Assembly: GCA_045643285.1 (NCBI GenBank)
Contig: JAZUKN010000102.1
Location: 45,996-109,995 of the forward strand
Direction of reading: 5' to 3'
Source of the DNA: Eubacteriales bacterium
Lineage (GTDB): Bacteria > Bacillota > Clostridia > Oscillospirales > CAG-272
Length of the DNA stretch: 64,000 bases
Below the pieces are notes generated by a model. It saw nothing but the letters and a program-made list of their open reading frames with translations. It did no database searches and was not told the origin of the DNA. This document shows positions 19,023 to 27,514 of the stretch, piece by piece. Positions within the stretch are counted from its first letter, which is position 1. Each line of letters starts with the position of its first letter. The position numbers and the translations under genes are program-made.

Positions 19023-20203
19023 AAGAATTTGAACTGAAATACGGCTGTAACCCGAATCAGAAACCGGCGAAAATATATATGGAAAACGGCGGCGAACTTC
19101 CTATAGAAGTGCTGAACGGTCGCCCGGGATATATCAATTTTCTCGACGCATTCAATTCATGGCAGCTTGTCAAAGAGCTGAAAGAGGCACTCGGCTTGCC
19201 GGCTGTGGCATCGTTCAAGCACGTCAGCCCGACCTCAGCCGCAGTGGGGATACCGCTTCCCGAAAAGCTCAAAAAAGCCTGCTTCGTCGACGATATTGCG
19301 GAGCTTGATTCATCACCGCTTGCTTCGGCTTACGCAAGAGCAAGAGGGACTGACAGAATGTCTTCGTTCGGCGATTGGGTTGCTCTGTCCGACGTGTGCG
19401 ACGTGACGACTGCAAAGCTCTTAAAGCGCGAAGTTTCCGACGGCATTATCGCGCCGGGATACGAGCCGGAAGCACTTGAAATCCTCAAAACAAAGCGTAA
19501 GGGCGGCTATAATATCGTAAAGATCAATCCCGATTACATACCGGAGCCGGTTGAACATAAGCAGGTATTCGGTATCACATTCGAGCAGGGAAGAAACAAC
19601 TTTACCGTCAACCGCGAACTACTCACGAATATCGTCACGGAGGCGAAAAAACTGCCGGAGAGCGCGGTCCGCGACCTCATAATCTCGCTCATCACTCTGA
19701 AATATACGCAGTCGAACTCGGTCTGCTACGCTTATGACGGACAGGCAATAGGCGTGGGCGCAGGTCAGCAGTCACGCATCCACTGCACACGGCTCGCCGG
19801 AACAAAAGCAGACACATGGTTCCTCCGACAGCACGAAAAAGTCCTTTCATTGCCGTTTAAAGCGGAGCTCGGACGCCCCGACAGAGATAACGTCATCGAC
19901 GGATATATCAATCAGAACGAAGAGAACGTGTGCGCGGACGGAGTGTGGGAGAAATACTTCACCGAAAAGCCGGAGCGTCTGACGGAGAGCGAAAAGCGCG
20001 AATATCTCTCAAAGATCGACGGCGTGTCCCTCGGCTCGGACGCATTCTTCCCGTTTGACGACAATATCGAGAGAGCAAAACGGAGCGGAGTCAGATACAT
20101 AGCAGAGCCGGGCGGTTCGATCCGCGACGACTGCGTAATAAACTGCTGTAATAAATACTGTATCACAATGGCATTCACGGGAATGAGACTGTTCCACCAT
20201 TAA
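19019..20203 (+). CDS. purH: AICAR formyltransferase (PurH C-terminal domain only)
   Basis: 394 aa. The translation ELKYGCNPNQ...ASFKHVSP...GAGQQSRIHC...AFFPF matches the AICARFT domain, and the MGS-like IMPCH domain is absent. An ATGA overlap joins it to the upstream gene. Confidence 0.88.
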   Translation: MKEFELKYGCNPNQKPAKIYMENGGELPIEVLNGRPGYINFLDAFNSWQLVKELKEALGLPAVASFKHVSPTSAAVGIPLPEKLKKACFVDDIAELDSSPLASAYARARGTDRMSSFGDWVALSDVCDVTTAKLLKREVSDGIIAPGYEPEALEILKTKRKGGYNIVKINPDYIPEPVEHKQVFGITFEQGRNNFTVNRELLTNIVTEAKKLPESAVRDLIISLITLKYTQSNSVCYAYDGQAIGVGAGQQSRIHCTRLAGTKADTWFLRQHEKVLSLPFKAELGRPDRDNVIDGYINQNEENVCADGVWEKYFTEKPERLTESEKREYLSKIDGVSLGSDAFFPFDDNIERAKRSGVRYIAEPGGSIRDDCVINCCNKYCITMAFTGMRLFHH

Positions 20204-20221
20204 TATTAAAAGGAGAACATC

Positions 20222-21898
20222 ATGGCATACAAAACCGATATTGAAATAGCTCAGGAATGTTCACTGAAACCCATAACCGAGATCGCAAAGCGCGCACACG
20301 TCGACGAAAAGTACCTCGAACAGTACGGCAGATATAAGGCGAAAGTCGATCCGGCACTGCTCAGAGAGACTGACAGGGAGGACGGCAAGCTCGTCCTTGT
20401 CACGGCAATAACGCCGACACCTGCAGGAGAGGGAAAAACCACAACTACGATAGGACTTGCCGACGGTCTTGCGCGGATCGGTAAGGACGTGACTGTTGCA
20501 CTAAGAGAACCGTCGCTCGGACCGGTTTTCGGTGTAAAAGGCGGTGCGGCAGGCGGCGGATACGCTCAGGTAGTTCCTATGGAGGATATCAACCTCCATT
20601 TCACGGGTGACTTTCACGCGATAGGCGCGGCAAATAACCTCCTCGCCGCGATGCTCGATAACCATATCCAGCAGGGAAACGCGCTCGGAATCGACGTTCG
20701 CAAAATCACATGGAAACGGTGTGTCGACATGAACGACAGACAGCTCCGATTCATCGTCGACGGTATGGGCGGAAAGGCGAACGGCACGCCGCGTGAAGAC
20801 GGATTTGACATAACAGTCGCGTCCGAGATAATGGCGGTGTTCTGCCTCGCTACGTCGATCAGCGACCTCAAAGAACGGCTCTCGCGCATCATAGTCGGAT
20901 ATACCTACGACGACCAGCCCGTGACTGCCGGCGACATAAAGGCAGTCGGCGCGATGACGGCACTTCTCAAGGATGCGATAAAGCCGAACCTCGTGCAGAC
21001 GCTTGAGGGAACTCCCGCATTCGTCCACGGCGGACCTTTTGCGAATATCGCGCATGGATGCAACTCCGTAATGGCGACGAAAATGGCGCTGAAAATGGGC
21101 GACTATACCGTAACGGAAGCAGGCTTCGGCGCAGACCTCGGTGCGGAAAAATTCCTCGATATAAAATGCCGCACTGCCGGACTGAAACCCGACGCAGTAG
21201 TTGTCGTCGCAACGGTGCGTGCGCTCAAAATGCACGGCGGACGCGCGAAGACCGAGCTTGCAGAAGAAGACCTCGACGCGCTTGAAAAGGGTATCCCGAA
21301 CCTTTTACGCCATGTTTCAAATATCAAAAACGTGTACGGACTGCCGTGCGTCGTTGCAGTCAACCGCTTCCCGACGGACACCGACTGTGAGATCGAGTTC
21401 ATCGTCTCGAAATGTCGCTCGCTCGGCGTGAATACCGTTCTGTCTACCGTATGGGCTGAGGGCGGCAAGGGCGGAGAAGCACTCGCACGCGAGGTTGTCC
21501 GCCTCTGCGAAGAAGAAACAGCCGATTTCCGCTTCTCTTACGACCTCGACTGCTCCATTGAAGAAAAGATCGAAACCGTAGTAAAGCGCATCTACGGCGG
21601 TGACGGCATCACCGTTATGCCGAACGCAAAAAAGCAGATCGCACAGCTTGAGTCCCTCGGCTTTGGCGGCCTGCCCGTGTGTATCGCAAAAACGCAGTAT
21701 TCGTTCTCCGACGATCCGTCAAAACTCGGCGCACCGACGGGATTTACCGTTACAGTAAAGAACGTCAAAGTGTCCGCCGGAGCCGGATTCATCGTCGTAA
21801 TGACCGGCGACATCCTCACAATGCCGGGACTGCCGAAAAAACCGGCGGCTGAGAACATCGACGTCGACGAGAACGGCAGAATAACAGGACTGTTCTGA
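20222..21898 (+). CDS. fhs: formate--tetrahydrofolate ligase
   Basis: 558 aa. The translation [16 protein letters not shown]...[10 protein letters not shown] matches Fhs. Confidence 0.95.
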   Translation: MAYKTDIEIAQECSLKPITEIAKRAHVDEKYLEQYGRYKAKVDPALLRETDREDGKLVLVTAITPTPAGEGKTTTTIGLADGLARIGKDVTVALREPSLGPVFGVKGGAAGGGYAQVVPMEDINLHFTGDFHAIGAANNLLAAMLDNHIQQGNALGIDVRKITWKRCVDMNDRQLRFIVDGMGGKANGTPREDGFDITVASEIMAVFCLATSISDLKERLSRIIVGYTYDDQPVTAGDIKAVGAMTALLKDAIKPNLVQTLEGTPAFVHGGPFANIAHGCNSVMATKMALKMGDYTVTEAGFGADLGAEKFLDIKCRTAGLKPDAVVVVATVRALKMHGGRAKTELAEEDLDALEKGIPNLLRHVSNIKNVYGLPCVVAVNRFPTDTDCEIEFIVSKCRSLGVNTVLSTVWAEGGKGGEALAREVVRLCEEETADFRFSYDLDCSIEEKIETVVKRIYGGDGITVMPNAKKQIAQLESLGFGGLPVCIAKTQYSFSDDPSKLGAPTGFTVTVKNVKVSAGAGFIVVMTGDILTMPGLPKKPAAENIDVDENGRITGLF

Positions 21899-21904
21899 TA
21901 TAAG

Positions 21905-21950
21905 CAAAACAAAAGTCCGATCCACCTGCACGATGGACCGGACTTCTTCT
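21905..21950. terminator. bidirectional terminator between fhs and the convergent gene
   Basis: AAGTCCG...CGGACTT. The minus-strand reading is followed by TTTTGTTTTG. Confidence 0.7.
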
Positions 21951-21962
21951 GTTCTGTTAAGT

Positions 21963-23621
21963 TTACTTTACGTAGTATTCCTTGAGCTTTGCGATTTCTT
22001 CCGGCTCAAGTGCTTTCGAGAAGATGAGAAGATCGTCGATCTCTCCGGAGATCGCAATTTCGTACCTGCCTGTGCCGTCCTGACCGAAGTTGAGCGGCAT
22101 ACCTGTGTTGAACGCACCTTCCGTGATGCCTTTCTTGTACCAGTCGGAGGAGATCTCCTCGAAGTTCGAGTAGTACGTCACCTTGTGCGAATATCTGTCG
22201 ATAACGACCGTGATATAGTTCCAGCGAGTGAAGTCAGCCGGTTCGCTGTAGTCATAATCGTGACGGTAGTAATTTTTTTCGGTCTTTCTCTTTGAAATAT
22301 TGAACTTCGACGCACCGTTGTAGATGAACGCGAAGCCGTCGTTGTCACCGTTCGACCAGTCCTTGTTCGAGAAGATAACGGGATCCCCTGTGATGCCGTC
22401 GTCGAGCTTGAGCCAGAACGAGATCGTAATGTCGTTGTTGTCGTCACCGAAGTCGATGTTCTTCAGCGAGAGATAACCCTCGGACGATACTCTCAGCGCA
22501 TTGCCGTAGTATCCTTCGGGGTAGTAGACCGTGCCAACTGTTTCTGCTTCGATGCCGTTTTTGATGTCAGCGAGTCCGTCGTCGAAGAACAGCCCCGTCA
22601 TAAGAGAATCCATGTCGATGTAGTTTTCGATTCCGGCTTCCGTTCCCATTTCGGGAGTCTTTGCGGATTCGTGCTCGGCGATTTCGTCAGCCGGACGAAC
22701 GGCAGGAGTCATGTTGTCGAGGAAAAGATTCTGCGGAATGAACGAATCCCAGTTTTCTTCGTTTCCCGGGAAGTTCAGCGCGTAGGAAACGATAGCGGCA
22801 AGGTCGCGTCCGAAAAGCGCAAGGTCGCCTGTTTTGTTGACGGATACGCCGTGTGCGCCGAAGAAGGTGTTCATTTCTCCGTCTGTTGCGCCGCCGTGGG
22901 AATATTCGTAACCGCCGTGGTCTGCGGTAATGATGAGCAGGGTATTCTTCTCGATTCCGGCTTTCTGAATCGATTCGTAGATCTCGCCGACGTAGCCGTC
23001 AACAGTTTCTATCTGCTTCAGATAAGCCTCGGAGCCGTACTTTTCGGAGTGACCCTCGTGGTCAACGGAGTCGAACTGTATGAAGAACAGATTCGGCTTC
23101 TTGTCTTCGATGTATGTGCAGATCCTGCCGATAAGCTCATTATCAACGCCCGTGTCGAACGTTACGTCGAGATTTTTTTCAACGATGCCGGTGTTGATCG
23201 GATTCCAGTTGGAGAAAGAACCGATCTCTGCGTCCGGATAGGCTTCTCTCATCATTTTGAAGATCGTCGGATAGTTCGGATTGCTGTACGGTGTGTGCGA
23301 AACCGTGTCGTTCGTCAGCTTGTGCTGATACGGCTTGACTCCCGTGAGCATCGAACCCCAGCACTGTGCGCTGATAGACGGTGTGGCGGCACGGCAGTAG
23401 TCTGTCCACGCACCGTTTTCGATGAATATTTTGTCCATGTTCGGTGTGTTGCAGTCCTTGTGGAAGTTGCCCGCACCGTCGACGCCTATGATGATGACGT
23501 GTTCATAGGTGTATCTCTTTGAAAAGTCGATTTTCTGTTCCTGTTTGCCGCCGAGTGCTCCGCCCTCAAAGAGGAGGAAGAACGAAATGGCAGCCGCGAT
23601 AAAGTTTTTTGCCTTAAACAT
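21963..23621 (-). CDS. secreted alkaline-phosphatase-superfamily phosphodiesterase (NPP-like) with a C-terminal LamG/concanavalin-like domain
   Basis: Signal peptide MFKAKNFIAAAISFF, then IIIGVDGAG...PSISAQCW...DHEGH...ITADHGG metal-site motifs and a LamG-like tail. An AAAGGAG RBS precedes the ATG at 23621. Confidence 0.78.
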   Translation of the reverse strand: MFKAKNFIAAAISFFLLFEGGALGGKQEQKIDFSKRYTYEHVIIIGVDGAGNFHKDCNTPNMDKIFIENGAWTDYCRAATPSISAQCWGSMLTGVKPYQHKLTNDTVSHTPYSNPNYPTIFKMMREAYPDAEIGSFSNWNPINTGIVEKNLDVTFDTGVDNELIGRICTYIEDKKPNLFFIQFDSVDHEGHSEKYGSEAYLKQIETVDGYVGEIYESIQKAGIEKNTLLIITADHGGYEYSHGGATDGEMNTFFGAHGVSVNKTGDLALFGRDLAAIVSYALNFPGNEENWDSFIPQNLFLDNMTPAVRPADEIAEHESAKTPEMGTEAGIENYIDMDSLMTGLFFDDGLADIKNGIEAETVGTVYYPEGYYGNALRVSSEGYLSLKNIDFGDDNNDITISFWLKLDDGITGDPVIFSNKDWSNGDNDGFAFIYNGASKFNISKRKTEKNYYRHDYDYSEPADFTRWNYITVVIDRYSHKVTYYSNFEEISSDWYKKGITEGAFNTGMPLNFGQDGTGRYEIAISGEIDDLLIFSKALEPEEIAKLKEYYVK

Positions 23622-23652
23622 TTTTGTGTCTCCTTTGATTTGATCTGAATCT

Positions 23653-23681
23653 ATTTTATCATATCCGCGCAGAAAATTCAA
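23653..23681 (-). promoter_or_regulatory. sigma-A promoter for the phosphodiesterase gene
   Basis: On the minus strand it reads TTGAAT-17 nt-TAAAAT with a TGa extension. Confidence 0.6.
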
Positions 23682-23780
23682 GGCGGAAATATGATTTTTT
23701 GTTCTAAATATAAATCCATGTCAGTATTCCGGACAGAAAAAACGTTCTGAACCAAAGAACGACGAAAAGGACCGCACCGC

Positions 23781-23809
23781 TTGAAAAATGTGGCATAGTG
23801 TGTTATACT
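23781..23809 (+). promoter_or_regulatory. sigma-A promoter for the MATE gene
   Basis: TTGAAA-17 nt-TATACT. Confidence 0.65.
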
Positions 23810-23838
23810 GAAGCATCACTTATTTACGGAAGCGCAAA

Positions 23839-25233
23839 ATGTCACCAATCAAAAGAAAAAACGTTACTCCCGAAACATATGAAAAAATCGGGAGGAAAAT
23901 AACCGAATACGAACGCATGACGGAGTCGCCAGTGTTTCCGCTTGTCATGCGTCTGTCTGTCCCGACGACGTTCAGTATGCTCATCACGTCGATCTATAAC
24001 CTTGCGGACACATATTTCGTCTCGTCTCTCGGCAACTCCGCAACGAGCGCGGTCGGAGTCGTTTACTCGATACAGGCGATAATCCAGGCGATAGGCTACG
24101 GCTTCGGTATGGGCGCACAGAGCCTTATTTCGCGCCGCCTCGGAGAGAAGAAAAACGATGAAGCAAACCTCTACGGTACGGCAGGCTTTGTCGGTTCGTT
24201 CATCATGGGACTTGTCATAATGGCACTCGGCTTTATCGATCTGCCGTTCGTGATGCGCCTTTTCGGCTCGACTGAAACCGCACTTCCTCTCGCCTGCTCG
24301 TACGGCAAATGGATACTGTACGGCGCGCCGATTTTCTGCTCGTCGTTCGTCTTAAATAATATTCTCCGCTCGCAGGGCAAAGCCACGCTGTCCATGATAG
24401 GACTGTGCAGTGGAGGAATAATCAACATCGGGCTTGACGCACTGCTCATCTACGGACTGAAAATGGGCGTTGAGGGCGCGGCTATAGCGACGGTGCTGTC
24501 GCAGGTCATCTCGTTCGTTATTCTTATCTCGTTCTTCATCGCCGGAAAGTCGATCGTCTCCGTCAATCCACTGAAAGCGAGCCACTCACCGCGAGATTAT
24601 CTCACCGTTTTCCGCGTGGGACTGCCGACAGTATTTCGCCAGTCTCTCGGAAGCATAGCGACGACGCTCCTCAACCATTCCGTAAAGATCTACGGCGACG
24701 CTGCCATGTCGGCTGTAAGTATTGCGAATAAGATCTATATGCTTCTCCGCAGTATGCTCATCGGTGTGGGACAGGGATTCCAGCCGGTTGCCGGATATAA
24801 CTACGGCGCAAAGAACTATAAGCGCGTGCGGCAGTCGTTCAATACCGGTGCGATAATCGGAACGGTCTACGGATGCGCGGCGGCTGTTGTGCTGTTGTTT
24901 TTCTCCGAAAAGATTATGGGACTGTTCCGTCCGGGAGACACGGAAGTCATAAAGATCGGCGGTGAGATGCTCCGTTTCCTCTGCCTCTCTCTTCCGGTGC
25001 TTGGATACTCGACATTCGTTAATCAGCTTTACCAGTGCCTCGGATTCGTCGCGTCGGCAACGTTCCTCGCGTCGTGCAGACAGGGTATATTCTTCGTGCC
25101 GCTTATTCTCATTCTGCCGCGTGTGATCGGGCTGACGGGAATAGAACTCACCCAGGCGGTTGCCGACCTCCTCACCTGTGCCGTGTCCGTGCCGTTCCAT
25201 GTGCTGATGTTAAAAAAACATTTGAAGAAGTAA
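23839..25233 (+). CDS. MATE family efflux transporter
   Basis: 464 aa with 12 predicted hydrophobic helices. The N-terminus (PVFPLVMRLSVPTTFSMLITSIYNLADTYFVS) is MATE-typical. Confidence 0.88.
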   Translation: MSPIKRKNVTPETYEKIGRKITEYERMTESPVFPLVMRLSVPTTFSMLITSIYNLADTYFVSSLGNSATSAVGVVYSIQAIIQAIGYGFGMGAQSLISRRLGEKKNDEANLYGTAGFVGSFIMGLVIMALGFIDLPFVMRLFGSTETALPLACSYGKWILYGAPIFCSSFVLNNILRSQGKATLSMIGLCSGGIINIGLDALLIYGLKMGVEGAAIATVLSQVISFVILISFFIAGKSIVSVNPLKASHSPRDYLTVFRVGLPTVFRQSLGSIATTLLNHSVKIYGDAAMSAVSIANKIYMLLRSMLIGVGQGFQPVAGYNYGAKNYKRVRQSFNTGAIIGTVYGCAAAVVLLFFSEKIMGLFRPGDTEVIKIGGEMLRFLCLSLPVLGYSTFVNQLYQCLGFVASATFLASCRQGIFFVPLILILPRVIGLTGIELTQAVADLLTCAVSVPFHVLMLKKHLKK

Positions 25234-25294
25234 TAAAAAAACGCAGATTCGCAAACGCCGCAGCCATATAAGGAAGTTTTTTAGAAAAAGCAAA

Positions 25295-25334
25295 ACCCGC
25301 CGAAAAGGAATTTCTCTTCGGCGGGTATTTTTTT
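25295..25334. terminator. bidirectional terminator
   Basis: ACCCGCCGAA...TTCGGCGGGT followed by ATTTTTTT. The reverse reading is followed by TTTGCTTTTT. Confidence 0.85.
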
Positions 25335-25362
25335 ACTCGACAAACTGAATTTTGACACGGTC

Positions 25363-25806
25363 TCATCTCTTTGGTTTCTTGGAATACAAAACATACTGTG
25401 CAACGGCATTCGCAGCACAAAGCGCGAGTGAAAAGCAGGATATGCCAAGCTGTCTGCCGTTTGCGCTGGTTATTATTCCCGCCAACGAACAGAATGTCGC
25501 TATCGTAAAGCTGACCGCAGCAATCAGATGAAGCTTTTTCTTATTAACAATTAAATCGTCTGTTTCCTGTTTTACCTTTTGAACGGCAGGAATATCTCCA
25601 TCACTCTCATAATCATCATTCAGCAAGTAGTCCGTGGTAATCTGGAAAAGTTTACTAAGCTGCAGAACATTTTGCGCATCAGGCAGTGCCGTTCCATTTT
25701 CCCAACGGCTGATTGCTTGCCTGGATACATTCATCTTTTCAGCCAAGTCTTCCTGTGACCATCCAAGCTTTTTCCTGAGCGTCGTTATCTTTTCTTCCAT
25801 TTTCAT
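25363..25806 (-). CDS. XRE-family helix-turn-helix regulator with a C-terminal transmembrane region
   Basis: HTH LGWSQEDLAEKMNVSRQAISRWENG, followed by two hydrophobic helices at the C-terminus. Confidence 0.88.
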   Translation of the reverse strand: MKMEEKITTLRKKLGWSQEDLAEKMNVSRQAISRWENGTALPDAQNVLQLSKLFQITTDYLLNDDYESDGDIPAVQKVKQETDDLIVNKKKLHLIAAVSFTIATFCSLAGIITSANGRQLGISCFSLALCAANAVAQYVLYSKKPKR

Positions 25807-25835
25807 GATAAAACCTCCGTGAATCAGATGATTTC

Positions 25836-25863
25836 ATTATACTCAGGCATAGCAAAAGCTCAA
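25836..25863 (-). promoter_or_regulatory. putative promoter of the XRE gene
   Basis: On the minus strand it reads TTGAGC-16 nt-TATAAT. Direct repeats of TTTACATT lie at 25875 and 25895, just upstream. Confidence 0.5.
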
Positions 25864-26062
25864 CCGCATCAACTTTACATTTCCGCAACATGAGTTTACA
25901 TTCAGTGTTTTTCTCTTTCGAGCAACAAATTCCAATTTGTCCGCATCTTGAACGAGCATCGGATTTTGCCGTACAAAATCCGTGTCCTGAAAAACATCCT
26001 TATCGAGCTGCTGCAAAAGAACCTGCGTTTTTTTGTAATAAAATATGTACCGATAACAAAGC

Positions 26063-26106
26063 CGCCCTCTTTGAGGGAGCTGTCAACGAAGTTGACTGAG
26101 GGAGAG
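26063..26106. repeat. 44-nt hairpin-containing dispersed repeat, copy 1
   Basis: The sequence is CGCCCTCTTTGAGGGAGCTGTCAACGAAGTTGACTGAGGGAGAG. It contains CCCTC-ttt-GAGGG and GTCAAC-GAA-GTTGAC. Confidence 0.85.
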
Positions 26107-26169
26107 CGTATAAAGACAAATTTAATTGTGTTTTTTCGCTTCCTCCTTCCGTCACGACAAGTCGTGCCA

Positions 26170-26193
26170 CCTCCCTCTGAGAGGGAGGCTTTT
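26170..26193 (+). other. terminator-like hairpin between the two repeat copies
   Basis: CCTCCCTC-tga-GAGGGAGG followed by CTTTTA. No plus-strand gene lies upstream. CACGAC-aa-GTCGTG sits immediately 5' of it. Confidence 0.5.
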
Positions 26194-26214
26194 AGATTTT
26201 GCAATTTATCTAGG

Positions 26215-26257
26215 CGCCCTCTTTGAGGGAGCTGTCACGAAGTTGACTGAGGGAGAG
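26215..26257. repeat. 44-nt dispersed repeat, copy 2 (1-nt deletion)
   Basis: Identical to copy 1 except that GTCAACGAAG is GTCACGAAG here. The two copies are 152 bp apart. Confidence 0.85.
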
Positions 26258-26278
26258 GGGAAAACTCATAAGTTTGGC

Positions 26279-27169
26279 TTACTTCTTTTTCTTCACTTCC
26301 ACCTCATACGCCACCGCCGCACCGATTATCATAATTGCACCGACGAGCGCGTAGACCGTGATTTTTTCTTTCAGCAGCGTAGCCGAGAGGATCACCGCAA
26401 AAACGGGATCTATGTAGCTCATCACTGCCACAGTCTGAGAGGGAAGTGCCGCCATACTCCCGAAGTACAGCGCATAAGCTACGCCCGTGTGAACGACTGC
26501 GACGACTGCCGTCATTATGAGGGCTGTTGTACCCACTTCAACGCCCACGATACCTCCGGAGACGATAACATACGGCAGAAGCACGACAGCCGCAGAAAGC
26601 AGCTCGATTATCGTCTTGCCGTATGCGTCGTCCGAGGGATTTTTCTTGTTCATTATAACAACTGCCGAATAAAGCACAGCCGCGCCAAGCCCGAGAAGTA
26701 TTCCTTTTACGTCACGCGCACCGACGGACGACACATCTGCTATTCCCGAAACGAGCGCGATGCCGATGAGCGATACCGCCGCGCAGATGAGCTTTTTCGG
26801 CGTCAGCTTTTCACGGAAGAGGAGCGGAGAGAGCAGAATGACGATAGTCGGCTCCATGTAGTAGCAGAGCGTACCCACGGCGACGGACGTATAGTTGTAT
26901 GATTCAAACAATAGTATCCAGTTCAGCCCGAGCAGAACGCCTGTGAGCGCGAACAACAAAACCTGCCGCGCGGAGAACGATAATTTGAGCGAGTGCTTTT
27001 TTATCAGTACGACAAGCACGAGGAAAATACCGCCGATCAGTCCGCGCACGCAGGCGAGAGTGGCTGACGGGAGAGGGATAAACCTCCTGAAAACTCCTAT
27101 CGTGCCGAAGATCAGCATAGACGAAATAAGCATCAGGAGAGATTTTGTCCGTGAGTTTTTCATAAGCAT
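26279..27169 (-). CDS. EamA/DMT-family transporter
   Basis: 10 hydrophobic helices arranged as a duplicated EamA pattern. The start was moved to the ATG at 27169 because the longer ORF runs into the tRNA-Pro gene and its terminator. Confidence 0.85.
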   Translation of the reverse strand: MLMKNSRTKSLLMLISSMLIFGTIGVFRRFIPLPSATLACVRGLIGGIFLVLVVLIKKHSLKLSFSARQVLLFALTGVLLGLNWILLFESYNYTSVAVGTLCYYMEPTIVILLSPLLFREKLTPKKLICAAVSLIGIALVSGIADVSSVGARDVKGILLGLGAAVLYSAVVIMNKKNPSDDAYGKTIIELLSAAVVLLPYVIVSGGIVGVEVGTTALIMTAVVAVVHTGVAYALYFGSMAALPSQTVAVMSYIDPVFAVILSATLLKEKITVYALVGAIMIIGAAVAYEVEVKKKK

Positions 27170-27180
27170 CTCTTTTTTGT

Positions 27181-27221
27181 AAAATAAAAATCTCGCCGAC
27201 CAAGGCAGGAAAGCGAGATTT
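27181..27221 (-). terminator. terminator of tRNA-Pro
   Basis: On the minus strand it reads AAATCTCGC...GCGAGATTT followed by TTATTTT. Confidence 0.75.
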
Positions 27222-27222
27222 A

Positions 27223-27295
27223 TCGGAGTGACACGATTTGAACGTGCGGCATCTTGGTCCCAAACCAAGCACTCTACCAGCTGAGTTACACCCCG
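27223..27295 (-). tRNA. tRNA-Pro (anticodon UGG)
   Basis: The minus strand reads CGGGGTGTAACTCAGCTGGTAGAGTGCTTGGTTTGGGACCAAGATGCCGCACGTTCAAATCGTGTCACTCCGA. It folds into a cloverleaf with a 7-bp acceptor stem, a GTTCAAAT T-loop, anticodon loop TTTGGGA and G37. CCA is not encoded. Confidence 0.93.
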
Positions 27296-27309
27296 ATCTG
27301 ACTTTTCAC

Positions 27310-27338
27310 ATTATACATCATTCGCCTGTTTTTGTCAA
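27310..27338 (-). promoter_or_regulatory. consensus sigma-A promoter of tRNA-Pro
   Basis: On the minus strand it reads TTGACA-17 nt-TATAAT, ending 14 nt before the tRNA 5' end. Confidence 0.8.
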
Positions 27339-27429
27339 GCATTTTACAGCTCTTAGTCATTTCTTTATGCAAAACTGTTTCAATATTGCCTTATTATGCG
27401 AATATACATGAATATTTTTTGAATATACA

Positions 27430-27458
27430 TTGACAACATACAGTGAATATAGTATAAT
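27430..27458 (+). promoter_or_regulatory. consensus sigma-A promoter of the nusB...recN cluster
   Basis: TTGACA-17 nt-TATAAT. Confidence 0.8.
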
Positions 27459-27514
27459 ATCAATGTATAAGGAAAAATTTGCGCCGCCCTGTGCGGTATA
27501 TTATGGAGATAAAT

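Noticed and set aside
25890-26226. Small ORFs (69-100 aa) in the 25807..26278 gap, plus the 258-aa plus-strand ORF 26126..26902.
   Set aside because: The small ORFs have no RBS, and their translations are dominated by the repeat/hairpin sequences. The 258-aa ORF is antisense to the well-supported EamA transporter.
26063-26257. A CRISPR array (also considered for the tandem repeats at 38836..38935).
   Set aside because: There are only two copies of the 44-mer, and the intervening 108 bp is itself hairpin-structured. The 38.8-kb array has 20-22-nt units and no unique spacers. No cas genes are nearby.
27170-27268. The N-terminal extension of the EamA ORF (track start 27268).
   Set aside because: The extension overlaps the tRNA-Pro gene and its terminator on the same strand, and its translation (MVWDQDAARSNRVTPINLAF...) is not membrane-protein-like.
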